A stretch of 64,000 bases of DNA from a virus. Taxonomy: Duplodnaviria > Caudoviricetes. The DNA lies in the IMG/VR virus record IMGVR_UViG_2974778606_000001, positions 1 to 64,000 of that record; one strand, 5' to 3'. The notes under the pieces were generated by a model, which saw only the letters and a list, made by a program, of their open reading frames with translations, searched no databases and was not told the DNA's origin. The position numbers were made by a program, and so were the translations under genes. Every line of letters begins with the position of its first letter. Position 1 is the stretch's first letter. Of this stretch, positions 1 to 8,671 are shown piece by piece.

Positions 1-608
1 ATGGGGGTATGTTCCGCGCCGGAACATAATGCTTCCCCCTCCCTATATAACCTAGCAGACACATCTGACCCCGAATCCAAGCAAAATAAGCCTTCCAAGC
101 ATCGAAATCAGCCCTGAAAAATGGCTCAAAAATGGGAAAAATCACGATATTTTGCCCCGAAATCGGACATTTCGCCCCTAAAATGGCCCAAAATCCCGCA
201 ATTTTGACAAGCATTCGTAAAGAGACCTGGACTCAAGGAAAATCAGCCCGCAATCCATCAAATCTAACCATCATATCCCTGGAAATATAGGCATTCATCG
301 TAAATGGGCCACCAATCCGAAGTCCAATCAGTCTGACAGACCTTAGACTCATCAGAATACCTCTGCGATTCATAGAAACAGACTTGAGATTCATTGTCAG
401 AGTGTCGATTCTCCCTATATACACAAGCAATAGATGATATTGAAAAGCCCGGCAGTTTCAAGAGGTCTTCGTAAATGAACTAGATAGATACACACCTATT
501 ATAGGTCTATGTATATAGGGGAGAGGGACACCCATAGCTACCGGGCCTTGTTAAGAATCATGAATCCAACATCGTTTATTGAGCATGTATATAGCAGCAG
601 ACAACACT

Positions 609-636
609 AAAGCCACCCCGAAGGGTGGCTGTTTTT
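609..636. terminator. Intrinsic terminator-like hairpin
   Basis: AGCCACCC-CGAA-GGGTGGCT (611-630) flanked by AAA and GTTTTT. Confidence 0.6.
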
Positions 637-936
637 GCACTCAAAAATCTCTGTAAAAATCTCAAAACTCCTGGGAATTTGACCCCTGACTTAAAGGGCG
701 AAATCCCTGGAAAATTTGAGGCCCATCGTAAATGGGGAAAAGTCGGACAACTCGGACAAATCGCTGTTGATATTGGCAGACATCGGGAAGTTAGTTAGAG
801 TAGGTAACGAACCGGGGCGGTCTGAAATTGAAAGGTCCCCAGGGAGCGGCCGACCTTCCGCTAATTAAGCCCTCGCCAGATTGACTGATAGGGCCCCTGG
901 GGACACACTTTGAACTACTCTTCTATGTTAGCAAGG

Positions 937-1188
937 TCACTCTGCCTTGTCAAGGTTACGGAGAGTTTCTCCGAACAGACGCTCTACCTCCCAGTCTTCC
1001 AAGAGATAGGCAGTGTAGGTGGGAGAGGGTACAGGGATACTGACAGACCTTCCCCACTTCTTTGCCGGTTCGTTCCACACCTTACCAACGAAAGAGTTGG
1101 GAGTGATACCCACCACCTTGAAGTAGAAGCTACCAGAGGCAACAAGGTTACCCATGGACAGTTCGATGCTTTCCTTTACCGGCTTCAT
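937..1188 (-). CDS. Hypothetical protein (leaderless)
   Basis: 83-aa ORF; ATG lies 6 nt after the TAGACT -10. Confidence 0.75.
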   Translation of the reverse strand: MKPVKESIELSMGNLVASGSFYFKVVGITPNSFVGKVWNEPAKKWGRSVSIPVPSPTYTAYLLEDWEVERLFGETLRNLDKAE

Positions 1189-1285
1189 GAGTAGAGTCTA
1201 TCAGTTCAAGGGTGGCCTGTCTACCCACCGGGCCGGGGCGGCCAAAATCCCCTAGGCCCGTAGGCCCAGGGGACTGGCTTGCTGC

Positions 1286-2308
1286 TTACGCAGCCTTGGC
1301 GAACTCCTGAACGGCCTTCAGGATTCGGTTCTTTTCGGTGTTGACCACCGGGTCGAAACCGGAAGCCGCAATGAACAGGTTGTCCACGTTGCCACCACGG
1401 GGCATCCGGTACCAGTCGATACGCTCGGTCAGAGCGTTCAGAGCACCGGCCGCAGTCCCCTGAAGAGACTGAGTGGTCTTCGGACCGTCGCCCGTGTCGG
1501 TGTAGATACCCATGGTCAGGTCACGCTTGGTCTCCCACTTGACCATGCTGCCCTTGACATCCTTCTCAGGCTTGGGGTACAGCGTGGCGAACAGCGTGTC
1601 GAACTGGTCCTTAGAGACCGGCACGTCAGCCAGACCCTGCATGACCCGCTCGAACTCATCCGCGTAGGCGAACGTGATGTTCAGAGCCTCACGAGCCGCA
1701 GCCATGCGACCCTCGATGGTCTGCGTGTGGCGCATCTTGAACTGCTGCTTCACACCGTTACGGAGTGCGAAGTTGAGCGTGTTCTGACACACGACACGAA
1801 CCGGAGTGATGGACGCCTGAACGGCCACGGAGCCGTCGTGAGAGGTGTTGACCAGAAGATACAGCTTGGTCACGTCGTCGTCACCGATGACGATGTCACG
1901 AGAGATGGACAGAGAACCGAACACCACGCGACCGTCACGGATGCTGCCAGCCGTCTCCCACGTGCCACCGCCCGCGAGGATGCCGTCACCGAAGCTGAAC
2001 AGCTCCTCGTTCTGAACGACCTTGTACCGCTCGCCCACGGTGGCCAGAACATCGTTCTGACCGGTGTTGAACGGGTTGTCACGGACGACCATGTAAGGCT
2101 CCGTGACGAAGTTGTACGAGTCGGAGAGCATGCCCACGATGTCCTTCACGGACTCCAGGCGGACGTTCCAGCCCTTCAGGTGGGCCAGCGTCAGCATCTC
2201 GTCGGTGGTCAGCTCACCCTCGAACACGGTTCCGAGGTTGTGCCACGCGGGCTCCTGGCGAGAAGCGAACGCGACCTGACCCTTGGAACCAATCTCAAGA
2301 CCGTGCAT
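1286..2308 (-). CDS. DUF932 / TIGR03299-family phage-plasmid protein
   Basis: Motifs PAWHNLG, YKVVQNEELF, ETAGSIRDGR, LLVNTSHDGS, TPVRVVCQNTL; GGAGG RBS. Confidence 0.85.
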   Translation of the reverse strand: MHGLEIGSKGQVAFASRQEPAWHNLGTVFEGELTTDEMLTLAHLKGWNVRLESVKDIVGMLSDSYNFVTEPYMVVRDNPFNTGQNDVLATVGERYKVVQNEELFSFGDGILAGGGTWETAGSIRDGRVVFGSLSISRDIVIGDDDVTKLYLLVNTSHDGSVAVQASITPVRVVCQNTLNFALRNGVKQQFKMRHTQTIEGRMAAAREALNITFAYADEFERVMQGLADVPVSKDQFDTLFATLYPKPEKDVKGSMVKWETKRDLTMGIYTDTGDGPKTTQSLQGTAAGALNALTERIDWYRMPRGGNVDNLFIAASGFDPVVNTEKNRILKAVQEFAKAA

Positions 2309-2499
2309 GTTGTGCCTCCAAAGGCAGAGTTGGTTGGGGCAGGTACTTCCCGCCCTTCGATGTCTCTAGTCTAGCAGTAGTCTGGGGCCGATGTCTACCC
2401 ACCTGGTGTGTCTGCAATGTCCGTTTTGCCCTTTATGTCCGGGCCGGGGCGGCCCAAAACACGAAAGCCCCTCCGAAGAGGGGCCACGTGCTGAGTCTC

Positions 2500-2988
2500 T
2501 TAGAACGGAGGCTCATCCGAGTAATTGGCCGGGAAAACGGACGGGCAGGGACCGTGCGGCTGCTCCAGAATCTCACGCTCCCAGTCGGCCAGACCGGCAG
2601 TCAGGTTCGTGACGTACACGTCCACGATGTCCTTCGACTCCTTGAGACCCAGACCTGTGGCGTTGCGCACGTCCTTGATGACCTGAATCTTGCGCTTGGT
2701 TCCGTGCTTCTGAACCGCGTCCCGCACGACTTCCGCAGCACGACGGAGCTGGAAGTTGTAGACGCGCTCCATCTTCTGGAACTCCCACTGCTCGGGCGTG
2801 GGGATGGAGGTCAGGGACTTGCCCACCTCGTGACCGGACGTGTAACCCTCGTCGTAGCCGTTGCTGTGGGCCTCTCGCACACCGGCCGTGTGCAGTTCCA
2901 TGATGTTGCGAGCGATGTGCATCGCCTCGTGCAAGGTCAGACCACCCGCACGCTCGGAAAGAATGTCGAGGATGTCACCGAGGTGCAT
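2500..2988 (-). CDS. Protein with ribosomal L7/L12 C-terminal-like domain
   Basis: KIQVIKDVRNATGLGLKESKDIVD closely matches the L7/L12 CTD helix motif. Confidence 0.75.
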   Translation of the reverse strand: MHLGDILDILSERAGGLTLHEAMHIARNIMELHTAGVREAHSNGYDEGYTSGHEVGKSLTSIPTPEQWEFQKMERVYNFQLRRAAEVVRDAVQKHGTKRKIQVIKDVRNATGLGLKESKDIVDVYVTNLTAGLADWEREILEQPHGPCPSVFPANYSDEPPF

Positions 2989-3114
2989 GTCAGCTCCGTT
3001 TCTCAGGGAGTCCGTCTCCCTTTCGATGTCTCTATCTTAGCAGTATCAGGGGGATGAGTACAACCCCTCATGCCGGGCCGGGGCGGCCCGAAGGCCCCCG
3101 AAGGGGCCAACGGA

Positions 3115-3549
3115 TTACCAGCGAACTCCCACACCGTTTCCGCTCAGGGACTCGATGATGGACTTTGCGGCACGCAGGTCCATCGTGGGGTAGGTCTCAC
3201 GCAGCTTCTTGATGCATCGAATCTTCCGCTCCAGGTCACGGTAGCTGAACTCGCCCTCGGCCCAGATGGAAGCCACGGCCACGAGCTTGGTGTGGTCGAT
3301 TTCGGCGGTGAAGGTGTTCAGACGCTCACCGTGAGCCTTGCCCTGCTGGTATCCGTCCTCGAAAGCGGCCTCCACACGACGGTCCGCCTCCTTACGGGCC
3401 ACGTCCCAGATGTTGTTCTCCACCTCGTTGAGGCGGTTCAGGTGGGCCTCGAAGATGATGCGAGCCACATCGAACGCCTTCTTGAGGCTCATCTTCACAC
3501 CGTTCCCGTTGAAGATACGCAGGATACGGGCCTCGTCGAACTCAAACAT
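3115..3549 (-). CDS. Paralog of the preceding gene, divergent L7/L12-CTD-like protein
   Basis: KIRCIKKLRETYPTMDLRAAKSIIE; shared N-terminal pattern (A..IARxIxExH, GYxxG); start moved to 3549 by GGAGG RBS. Confidence 0.65.
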   Translation of the reverse strand: MFEFDEARILRIFNGNGVKMSLKKAFDVARIIFEAHLNRLNEVENNIWDVARKEADRRVEAAFEDGYQQGKAHGERLNTFTAEIDHTKLVAVASIWAEGEFSYRDLERKIRCIKKLRETYPTMDLRAAKSIIESLSGNGVGVRW

Positions 3550-3677
3550 GGTCGCCTCCACTCTCTGGGGTATCTCCCCTTCGATGTACTAAGCTTAACA
3601 GGTCTAGCGGGCAGATACAAGCCCTTCAAAACAGGCCGGGGCGGCCCAACGGGCCCCGTGTCAAGGGGCCCGGCAGG

Positions 3678-4013
3678 TCAAGGGTTCGTGTGTCCCCTTT
3701 TCAGTAGGATTTGTTCGATGACGAATTTCGAATCCATCACTCGATTGTATTCGTCGTCTGAGCGGCTTTCCTTTCTGCCTGCCCATGCATTCAACAGGGA
3801 AATGATGAATTGGAACATCACCACCTGCACAGGCTCAGGATAGGTCGAAAGCAGATAGGCGAATGCATGAGGGTCGAATGACCGCTTATCCATTTCGTCA
3901 ATCAGCTTATTGGCCAGACGCTCATACGAGGTAGGCCGTGGTGTTACGAGTCGCGCACCCTCATACATGTCAGGTGCGATGATGCTTACTCGTTTGAACG
4001 GACTACGCGTCAC
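3678..4013 (-). CDS. Hypothetical protein
   Basis: GTG start with GGAGAGG RBS, overlapping the end of the upstream ORF. Confidence 0.65.
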   Translation of the reverse strand: MTRSPFKRVSIIAPDMYEGARLVTPRPTSYERLANKLIDEMDKRSFDPHAFAYLLSTYPEPVQVVMFQFIISLLNAWAGRKESRSDDEYNRVMDSKFVIEQILLKRGHTNP

Positions 4014-4170
4014 CCTCTCCCCCAAAATCCTTCGTTGTGCCGTATCCGTCTGAGACGCTGACAGACACCTCCAGGAACTTTGCCATGAACTCTGCCGTAG
4101 CAGTAGCAAAGGGCCAGGAGGTGTCGTGCGCGTCATCGTCCGGAATGTCCAGTTCGATGACGATGTTCAT
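4003..4170 (-). CDS. Small acidic protein (55 aa, leaderless; not in ORF track)
   Basis: MNIVIELDIPDDDAHDTSWPF...; TAGGAT-6nt-ATG. Confidence 0.6.
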   Translation of the reverse strand: MNIVIELDIPDDDAHDTSWPFATATAEFMAKFLEVSVSVSDGYGTTKDFGGEGDA

Positions 4171-4179
4171 GACTCTATC

Positions 4180-4698
4180 CTATCGGGTGTGAATCTCGAC
4201 GTCCATCCCCAGCACCACCGGGGAGCCACAGGAGCAGTGCGACAGGCTGTAACCGCACTTGCACGCCTCGCGCTCACTCAGAACGATTCGCTTGTTGCCG
4301 TACCAAGCGAAGTACTCAGTGCGAGACGAACGGGTCGGAGCAGCGTGCGGACGAACGTCCTTACCGGTGACCTTGACCTTGACACCGGGCGCAGCCGGGG
4401 TCACTTCCGGGTTGTCCGCCTTGTAAGCGGCCAGCACCTCAGCGGACAGACGGCCACGCGCGTTGACCTGGAGTCCCTTGGACTTTGCCCACGCACGGAC
4501 AGCCTTGGCATCGAACTGACCGGCCTTGGGAGCGGCCTTGACAGCAGCACGCTTGACAGGCGCGTCAGCGTCAGCGAAGACCATGCCATCGGCCTCAGCC
4601 TTGGCAATGGCTTCATAGGCAGCCTTGGACATGCGACCACGCGCATCCTTAGCGAGGTTCAGCGAAACGGCGTACGCGCGACGGGTCATGGCAGACAT
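4180..4698 (-). CDS. Lsr2-like DNA-binding protein
   Basis: AVRAWAKSKGLQVNARGRLSAEVLAAY is the Lsr2 AT-hook domain; second ARGRMS motif at the N-terminus; Cys-rich C-terminus. Confidence 0.8.
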   Translation of the reverse strand: MSAMTRRAYAVSLNLAKDARGRMSKAAYEAIAKAEADGMVFADADAPVKRAAVKAAPKAGQFDAKAVRAWAKSKGLQVNARGRLSAEVLAAYKADNPEVTPAAPGVKVKVTGKDVRPHAAPTRSSRTEYFAWYGNKRIVLSEREACKCGYSLSHCSCGSPVVLGMDVEIHTR

Positions 4699-4819
4699 TT
4701 GGGGTTCCTCTCCCTCGGTGATGTCTCTAGTCTAAGGCATTGAAGGGGGTCGAGTCAACACGTCTAAATGTCCGTTTTGCCCGACTTGTCGGGCCGGGGC
4801 GGCCCCGAAGGCCCCTTCC

Positions 4820-4876
4820 TTAGAACTTAGGACACTGGACGTGATGACCGTTTTTCTGGTAGCAGGAATCACACAT
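4820..4876 (-). CDS. Putative 18-aa Cys/His micropeptide
   Basis: MCDSCYQKNGHHVQCPKF; overlaps the upstream stop and ends just before the cassette hairpin. Confidence 0.35.
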   Translation of the reverse strand: MCDSCYQKNGHHVQCPKF

Positions 4877-5618
4877 TGTTGACCTTCTTTCTCCTAGGAA
4901 CCTTAGAAGCGAATCGCACATCGGCCTTGCCAAAGATGCAAAGACCACACGTGAAGCATGCACCACCCTTTTCGGTGATAAGGGGAATGCGCTTGGCATT
5001 CTCAGGGCAGATAGCGCCAGGCTTGCCAGTTTCAGCAAGCATGAATTCCTTGCCCTTGTCATGCGTTTCTGCCAAATAGGCCAGACGCACGCCCTTGTAT
5101 GTGTTTTTGACGTACAGGGCAGCATCCTCATTCTCACTGTCTACACTCAGGTAAACAGCAAGGTTTGGGATTCCATTGATATACGACACGAACTCAAAGG
5201 AACGTGTGTAAATCCAGAATTGCACGTCAGGAAACATGTAAGCAATCTTGTTGATTGCCATTGCGTAGTCCGCAGAGAAGATGTCACCATCCGCGTGCCA
5301 GCGGAATACCTTGCTGATGTTGAACCTTGCGCATTCCTGAGAGAATTCCGCAATCATCTCTCGCAGCAGGTCCACCATTTCACTGAGAGATGCATCTTTC
5401 AGCAATTCCCAATTGTGCAGTGCGAGTTCACGGAATGCCGGATACATCTTTTCCAGCTTACCGGCATAGCAGACGCCCTCACACACGCCGGTCGCGCCAG
5501 GGCAGGAAAATGCCTTACCGCTGGGCAGAGAGAATGCATTTTTGAGAAGGGACTGAGTACCTGCCTTGTTGACACGCGCAGTCGTCTTACGGTCATGCGA
5601 GCGCTTGAGCTTAGACAT
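4869..5618 (-). CDS. Phage gp88-family protein (Cys-rich, radical-SAM-like fold)
   Basis: FSLPSGKAFSCPGATGVCEGVCYAGK, FRWHADGDIF, FWIYTRS, C-terminal CP..C..C..C. Confidence 0.7.
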   Translation of the reverse strand: MSKLKRSHDRKTTARVNKAGTQSLLKNAFSLPSGKAFSCPGATGVCEGVCYAGKLEKMYPAFRELALHNWELLKDASLSEMVDLLREMIAEFSQECARFNISKVFRWHADGDIFSADYAMAINKIAYMFPDVQFWIYTRSFEFVSYINGIPNLAVYLSVDSENEDAALYVKNTYKGVRLAYLAETHDKGKEFMLAETGKPGAICPENAKRIPLITEKGGACFTCGLCIFGKADVRFASKVPRRKKVNNV

Positions 5619-5724
5619 GGCGGTCCTTTCGTTGACGTAAGACGAGTCTAGCAGACATGGGGGACGTAAACAAGCCTTTGAAATGTCCGATTTGTCTGAC
5701 CGCCCCGGCCCGAAGGCCGCTCAG

Positions 5725-6033
5725 TCAGGCAGCGCTACGTTCCTCCGAACGGCTGTAGGGAAGTTCCGTGTTACGAACAATGGTGCTGAGAGAAACAGCG
5801 TTGATTGTCTTGTGTCCCAGCAGCCAAGCCATAACCACTCGATGCTGACCATTGTAGACAGTGCCATTCTGGAAATTGATAGGCATCTGAATACCATCAC
5901 GCTCACAAGAGATGATGAAATCATCGCTCATCTCAAAGAACAGCCGAGTGAAAAGGTCCATCGTGCTCTCACCCTCCTCGCGGTCTGCGAAGTCGGCACG
6001 GGCAACGATTGCGTCTACACTCAGCGTCTTCAT
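5725..6033 (-). CDS. ParB/Srx N-terminal domain-like protein (leaderless)
   Basis: GIQMPI...VYNGQHRVVMAWLLG; promoter lies inside the longer ORF call, so start is MKTLSV at 6033. Confidence 0.7.
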   Translation of the reverse strand: MKTLSVDAIVARADFADREEGESTMDLFTRLFFEMSDDFIISCERDGIQMPINFQNGTVYNGQHRVVMAWLLGHKTINAVSLSTIVRNTELPYSRSEERSAA

Positions 6034-6140
6034 AGGGATGAGTCTAGCAGAGTACACAGTCATGCGCAAGACCTCAATTATGTCCGTTTTGTCTGGCCGG
6101 GGCGGCCTAAATGACTAAGGGCCCCGAAGGGGCCCGGTGG

Positions 6141-6218
6141 TCAGACGAACAGAACAGGAAGGCAGAGGAACACGACCAGCACGACGAACAGGACCATCAG
6201 AAATTCTTCAAGGTCCAT
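6141..6218 (-). CDS. 25-aa single-TM micropeptide
   Basis: MDLEEFLMVLFVVLVVFLCLPVLFV; GGAGG RBS; TAATG coupling. Confidence 0.6.
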   Translation of the reverse strand: MDLEEFLMVLFVVLVVFLCLPVLFV

Positions 6219-6289
6219 TACTCACACACCTCCCGGTACCAAGCGTAGTGCGTGTACAGATAGAAGTGAAGCCAAGTTGTGAAATACAT
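6218..6289 (-). CDS. 23-aa aromatic-rich micropeptide
   Basis: MYFTTWLHFYLYTHYAWYREVCE; AGGAG RBS. Confidence 0.5.
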   Translation of the reverse strand: MYFTTWLHFYLYTHYAWYREVCE

Positions 6290-6296
6290 GACGCTC

Positions 6297-6596
6297 CTAG
6301 AAGAGTTCCGGTCCCGATTCGCTGTCTTCCGTCCAGTCATCAGTATACTCGATGAACTCGACATTGAGCAACCATGCAATCAAGACGCGGTGATGCCCGT
6401 TGAAGACAGTGTTGGATTCGGGAAGATAGATGATGGGGTCAAGGATGCCACGGGTACACGAGTCGATGAACTCAGGATTGCCGATGAACAGGTCATCGAA
6501 CTTCTCTTCGAGCATCTGCATCGTGGTGTGGTCTTTGGCAACAGCATCATTGAAGATAGCCGACTCAATCAGCTTCGCAACAGATACCTTTGCCAT
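6297..6596 (-). CDS. ParB/Srx N-terminal domain-like protein (paralog)
   Basis: GILDPII...VFNGHHRVLIAWLL; AAGGAGG RBS. Confidence 0.7.
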   Translation of the reverse strand: MAKVSVAKLIESAIFNDAVAKDHTTMQMLEEKFDDLFIGNPEFIDSCTRGILDPIIYLPESNTVFNGHHRVLIAWLLNVEFIEYTDDWTEDSESGPELF

Positions 6597-6708
6597 GGCC
6601 CCTCCTTGGCTTGATAAGACTACTCTACACGACTACCGGGCCTGTTGTCTAGTGCTACAACAAAATGACCGGGGCGGCCCAAAGGGGCCCCGAAGGGCCC
6701 CGATTGAC

Positions 6709-6978
6709 TCAGTCGTCCAGTTCCTTGGACGAACGCAGCTCCGGACGCTTGAGCAGCGAGGGGTCAGCCATCTTGACCTTGCCCTTGGACCGACCGACCC
6801 GAACCATCGGGAAGTTCTTCAGAACGTCGTCCACGCGCCTGGCGTCGGCGTCGAAGATGTCGAATCGCTGGTACGGAGCCTTGGTTGCGATGTCACCGAA
6901 CTCCACATCGATGCCCTGCACGATGAGGGCGACCCGGAGGGAGAGGGACTGAGAGACGGGAACGATACCGGCACGCAT
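6709..6978 (-). CDS. Hypothetical protein
   Basis: 89 aa; AGGAG RBS; fills a cassette. Confidence 0.75.
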   Translation of the reverse strand: MRAGIVPVSQSLSLRVALIVQGIDVEFGDIATKAPYQRFDIFDADARRVDDVLKNFPMVRVGRSKGKVKMADPSLLKRPELRSSKELDD

Positions 6979-7108
6979 GTGAACTCCTGAGAGTCGAAGT
7001 AAGCTGGGGTATTCAGTTATCAGAGACTTTGGCAGGAAGGGAAAAACCTCACGTTGCGAGGCCCTGTGGCCTGTCCCCTTGTGCTTAGCTAGAGTCTAGC
7101 AGGCTGAC

Positions 7109-7249
7109 CTACTCGCAGTCAACCAGGTACTCGGGCTCGTCGTCCTCGGAGGTGGTCCACACGTCGGACAGCCAGCCCTTACGGTAGAGAACCGGACCCT
7201 CGGTAACCTCGTCCTCGTTACCGAACAGCATCGAGCGAAGGTCTTCCAT
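7109..7249 (-). CDS. Small acidic protein (46 aa)
   Basis: MEDLRSMLFG...; GAGGAG RBS downstream of its own promoter. Confidence 0.65.
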   Translation of the reverse strand: MEDLRSMLFGNEDEVTEGPVLYRKGWLSDVWTTSEDDEPEYLVDCE

Positions 7250-7364
7250 AACACTCTCCTCTCTCGGGGAGGTTTCCCTCCCTTTCGATGTTCTAAGTCT
7301 ACATGACGGATGCGACAGTGGCAAGCACCCATTTTGGGCCGGGGCGGCCCCGAAGGGCCTTTCG

Positions 7365-7520
7365 CTAGTCTCCCATGTCGTCCAAGTGGGCATCGGGCGC
7401 AGGCTCGAACTCAAGGAAGGTGTCTTCGAAAAGCACCATCCATGCGTAGCCCTCACGATTGTCCGGATTGCACTTGCCCGTGTGTATCTCACCCATGGGT
7501 GCACCGCAGTCCATGCACAT
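7365..7520 (-). CDS. Small CxxC/H/C zinc-finger-like protein (51 aa; not in ORF track)
   Basis: MCMDCGAPMGEIHTGKCNPD...; directly follows the upstream stop. Confidence 0.6.
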   Translation of the reverse strand: MCMDCGAPMGEIHTGKCNPDNREGYAWMVLFEDTFLEFEPAPDAHLDDMGD

Positions 7521-7522
7521 TC

Positions 7523-7741
7523 TCAGACTCCGTTCCACGGCATGGCCACGAACATGTCCACGTTCTTCGTGTGAATGGCGATGCGGTTGCCGTTCTGGTC
7601 GGTGAGGTTGAACAGCAGCTCACCAGTGTCCACCGCGAGGTTCCATGCGGTGTTCATGCTGTCGGGAGTGGTGTCCTTGACCAGAATCTCGATGAACTTG
7701 TCACGCATGGCGTAGTAGACACGAACACGAACACCGAACAT
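7523..7741 (-). CDS. Hypothetical protein
   Basis: MFGVRVRVYY...; GGAGG RBS. Confidence 0.7.
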   Translation of the reverse strand: MFGVRVRVYYAMRDKFIEILVKDTTPDSMNTAWNLAVDTGELLFNLTDQNGNRIAIHTKNVDMFVAMPWNGV

Positions 7742-7860
7742 GATTGCCTCCATTCTCAGGGAGATTTTCTCCCTTTCGATGACTCTAGTCTACATGACTG
7801 ATGAGACTTGCACAAGTGGGCCGGGGCGGCCCAAAGGGCCCCCGAAGGGGCCCAGTGGGA

Positions 7861-8142
7861 TTACTTCTTGACCTTGCGGCGGTTGCTGTGGTTGCCGTTC
7901 ATCAGGGCCGTGAAGTCCAGCATGATGTTCTGCTTGAAGTTGGTCGCTCCGTGGAACTTGCCGTCCTGGTCACGGATGACGATGCGAACTTCGGTGTTGT
8001 CGCTGCCCGGAGTGGTCTTCCAGGTCTCCAGCCGGATGCTGTAGGTGGCCTTGGAGCCCTTGACCTTGAAGCCCTCGGAGATGGCGACGGAGGAGACGAT
8101 GTTCTTGAACTCGGTGTCGGTGTTCTTCGCCAGAGAGACCAT
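7861..8142 (-). CDS. Hypothetical protein
   Basis: 93 aa; GAGGAG RBS; own cassette. Confidence 0.75.
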   Translation of the reverse strand: MVSLAKNTDTEFKNIVSSVAISEGFKVKGSKATYSIRLETWKTTPGSDNTEVRIVIRDQDGKFHGATNFKQNIMLDFTALMNGNHSNRRKVKK

Positions 8143-8287
8143 GAAAGCTCCTCAGAGTCTTAGCTTGGGGTTCCTTCCCCCTTGCTGATAGCTAAAGTCT
8201 ACACGACCCAAGGGACATCGTGCAACCCATCTAGCTACCGGAATTTTGGGCCGGGGCGGCCAAAAGGCCCCCGAAGGGGCCAGTTGG

Positions 8288-8572
8288 TCAGCCGTTCTCC
8301 TTTTCCTCCTGAGCCCTGCGCAGGTACGAAAGGTCTTCCAGAGTGCGAGAGATGGCGTTCAGCGTCTCATACGCTTCGGCCTTGCTGAAACCGATGTACC
8401 CACGGTCACCCGTGCCAGGTGCAGCCGAACCGCCCTCTACGAACACACGGTGAGCAATGCCCATGGAGGGCGTACCTTCCTGATAGGACAGCTCCAGCTC
8501 AATGCCCATGGCTTCCCAGTTGCGACGGTAACGCTCAAGAGCGGTGATGATGTCAGCCTTGGAAACGCGCAT
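8288..8572 (-). CDS. Hypothetical protein
   Basis: 94 aa; own cassette. Confidence 0.75.
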   Translation of the reverse strand: MRVSKADIITALERYRRNWEAMGIELELSYQEGTPSMGIAHRVFVEGGSAAPGTGDRGYIGFSKAEAYETLNAISRTLEDLSYLRRAQEEKENG

Positions 8573-8671
8573 TTGGGGTTCCTTCCCTCTCGGTGTAAGT
8601 AGAGTCTAACACAGTCCAGGGGCTGAGTACAACACCCAATTTAGGCCGGGGCGGCCCCGAAGGGCCTCCCG

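Noticed and set aside
233-461. Two overlapping 65-aa ORFs near the left end
   Set aside because: No clear RBS, promoter or motif; the region is dominated by non-coding signals. A short gene cannot be excluded.
5725-6596. ParABS partition system / temperate plasmid-prophage lifestyle
   Set aside because: ParB-like proteins lack HTH and dimerisation regions; no ParA, integrase or repressor in the window.
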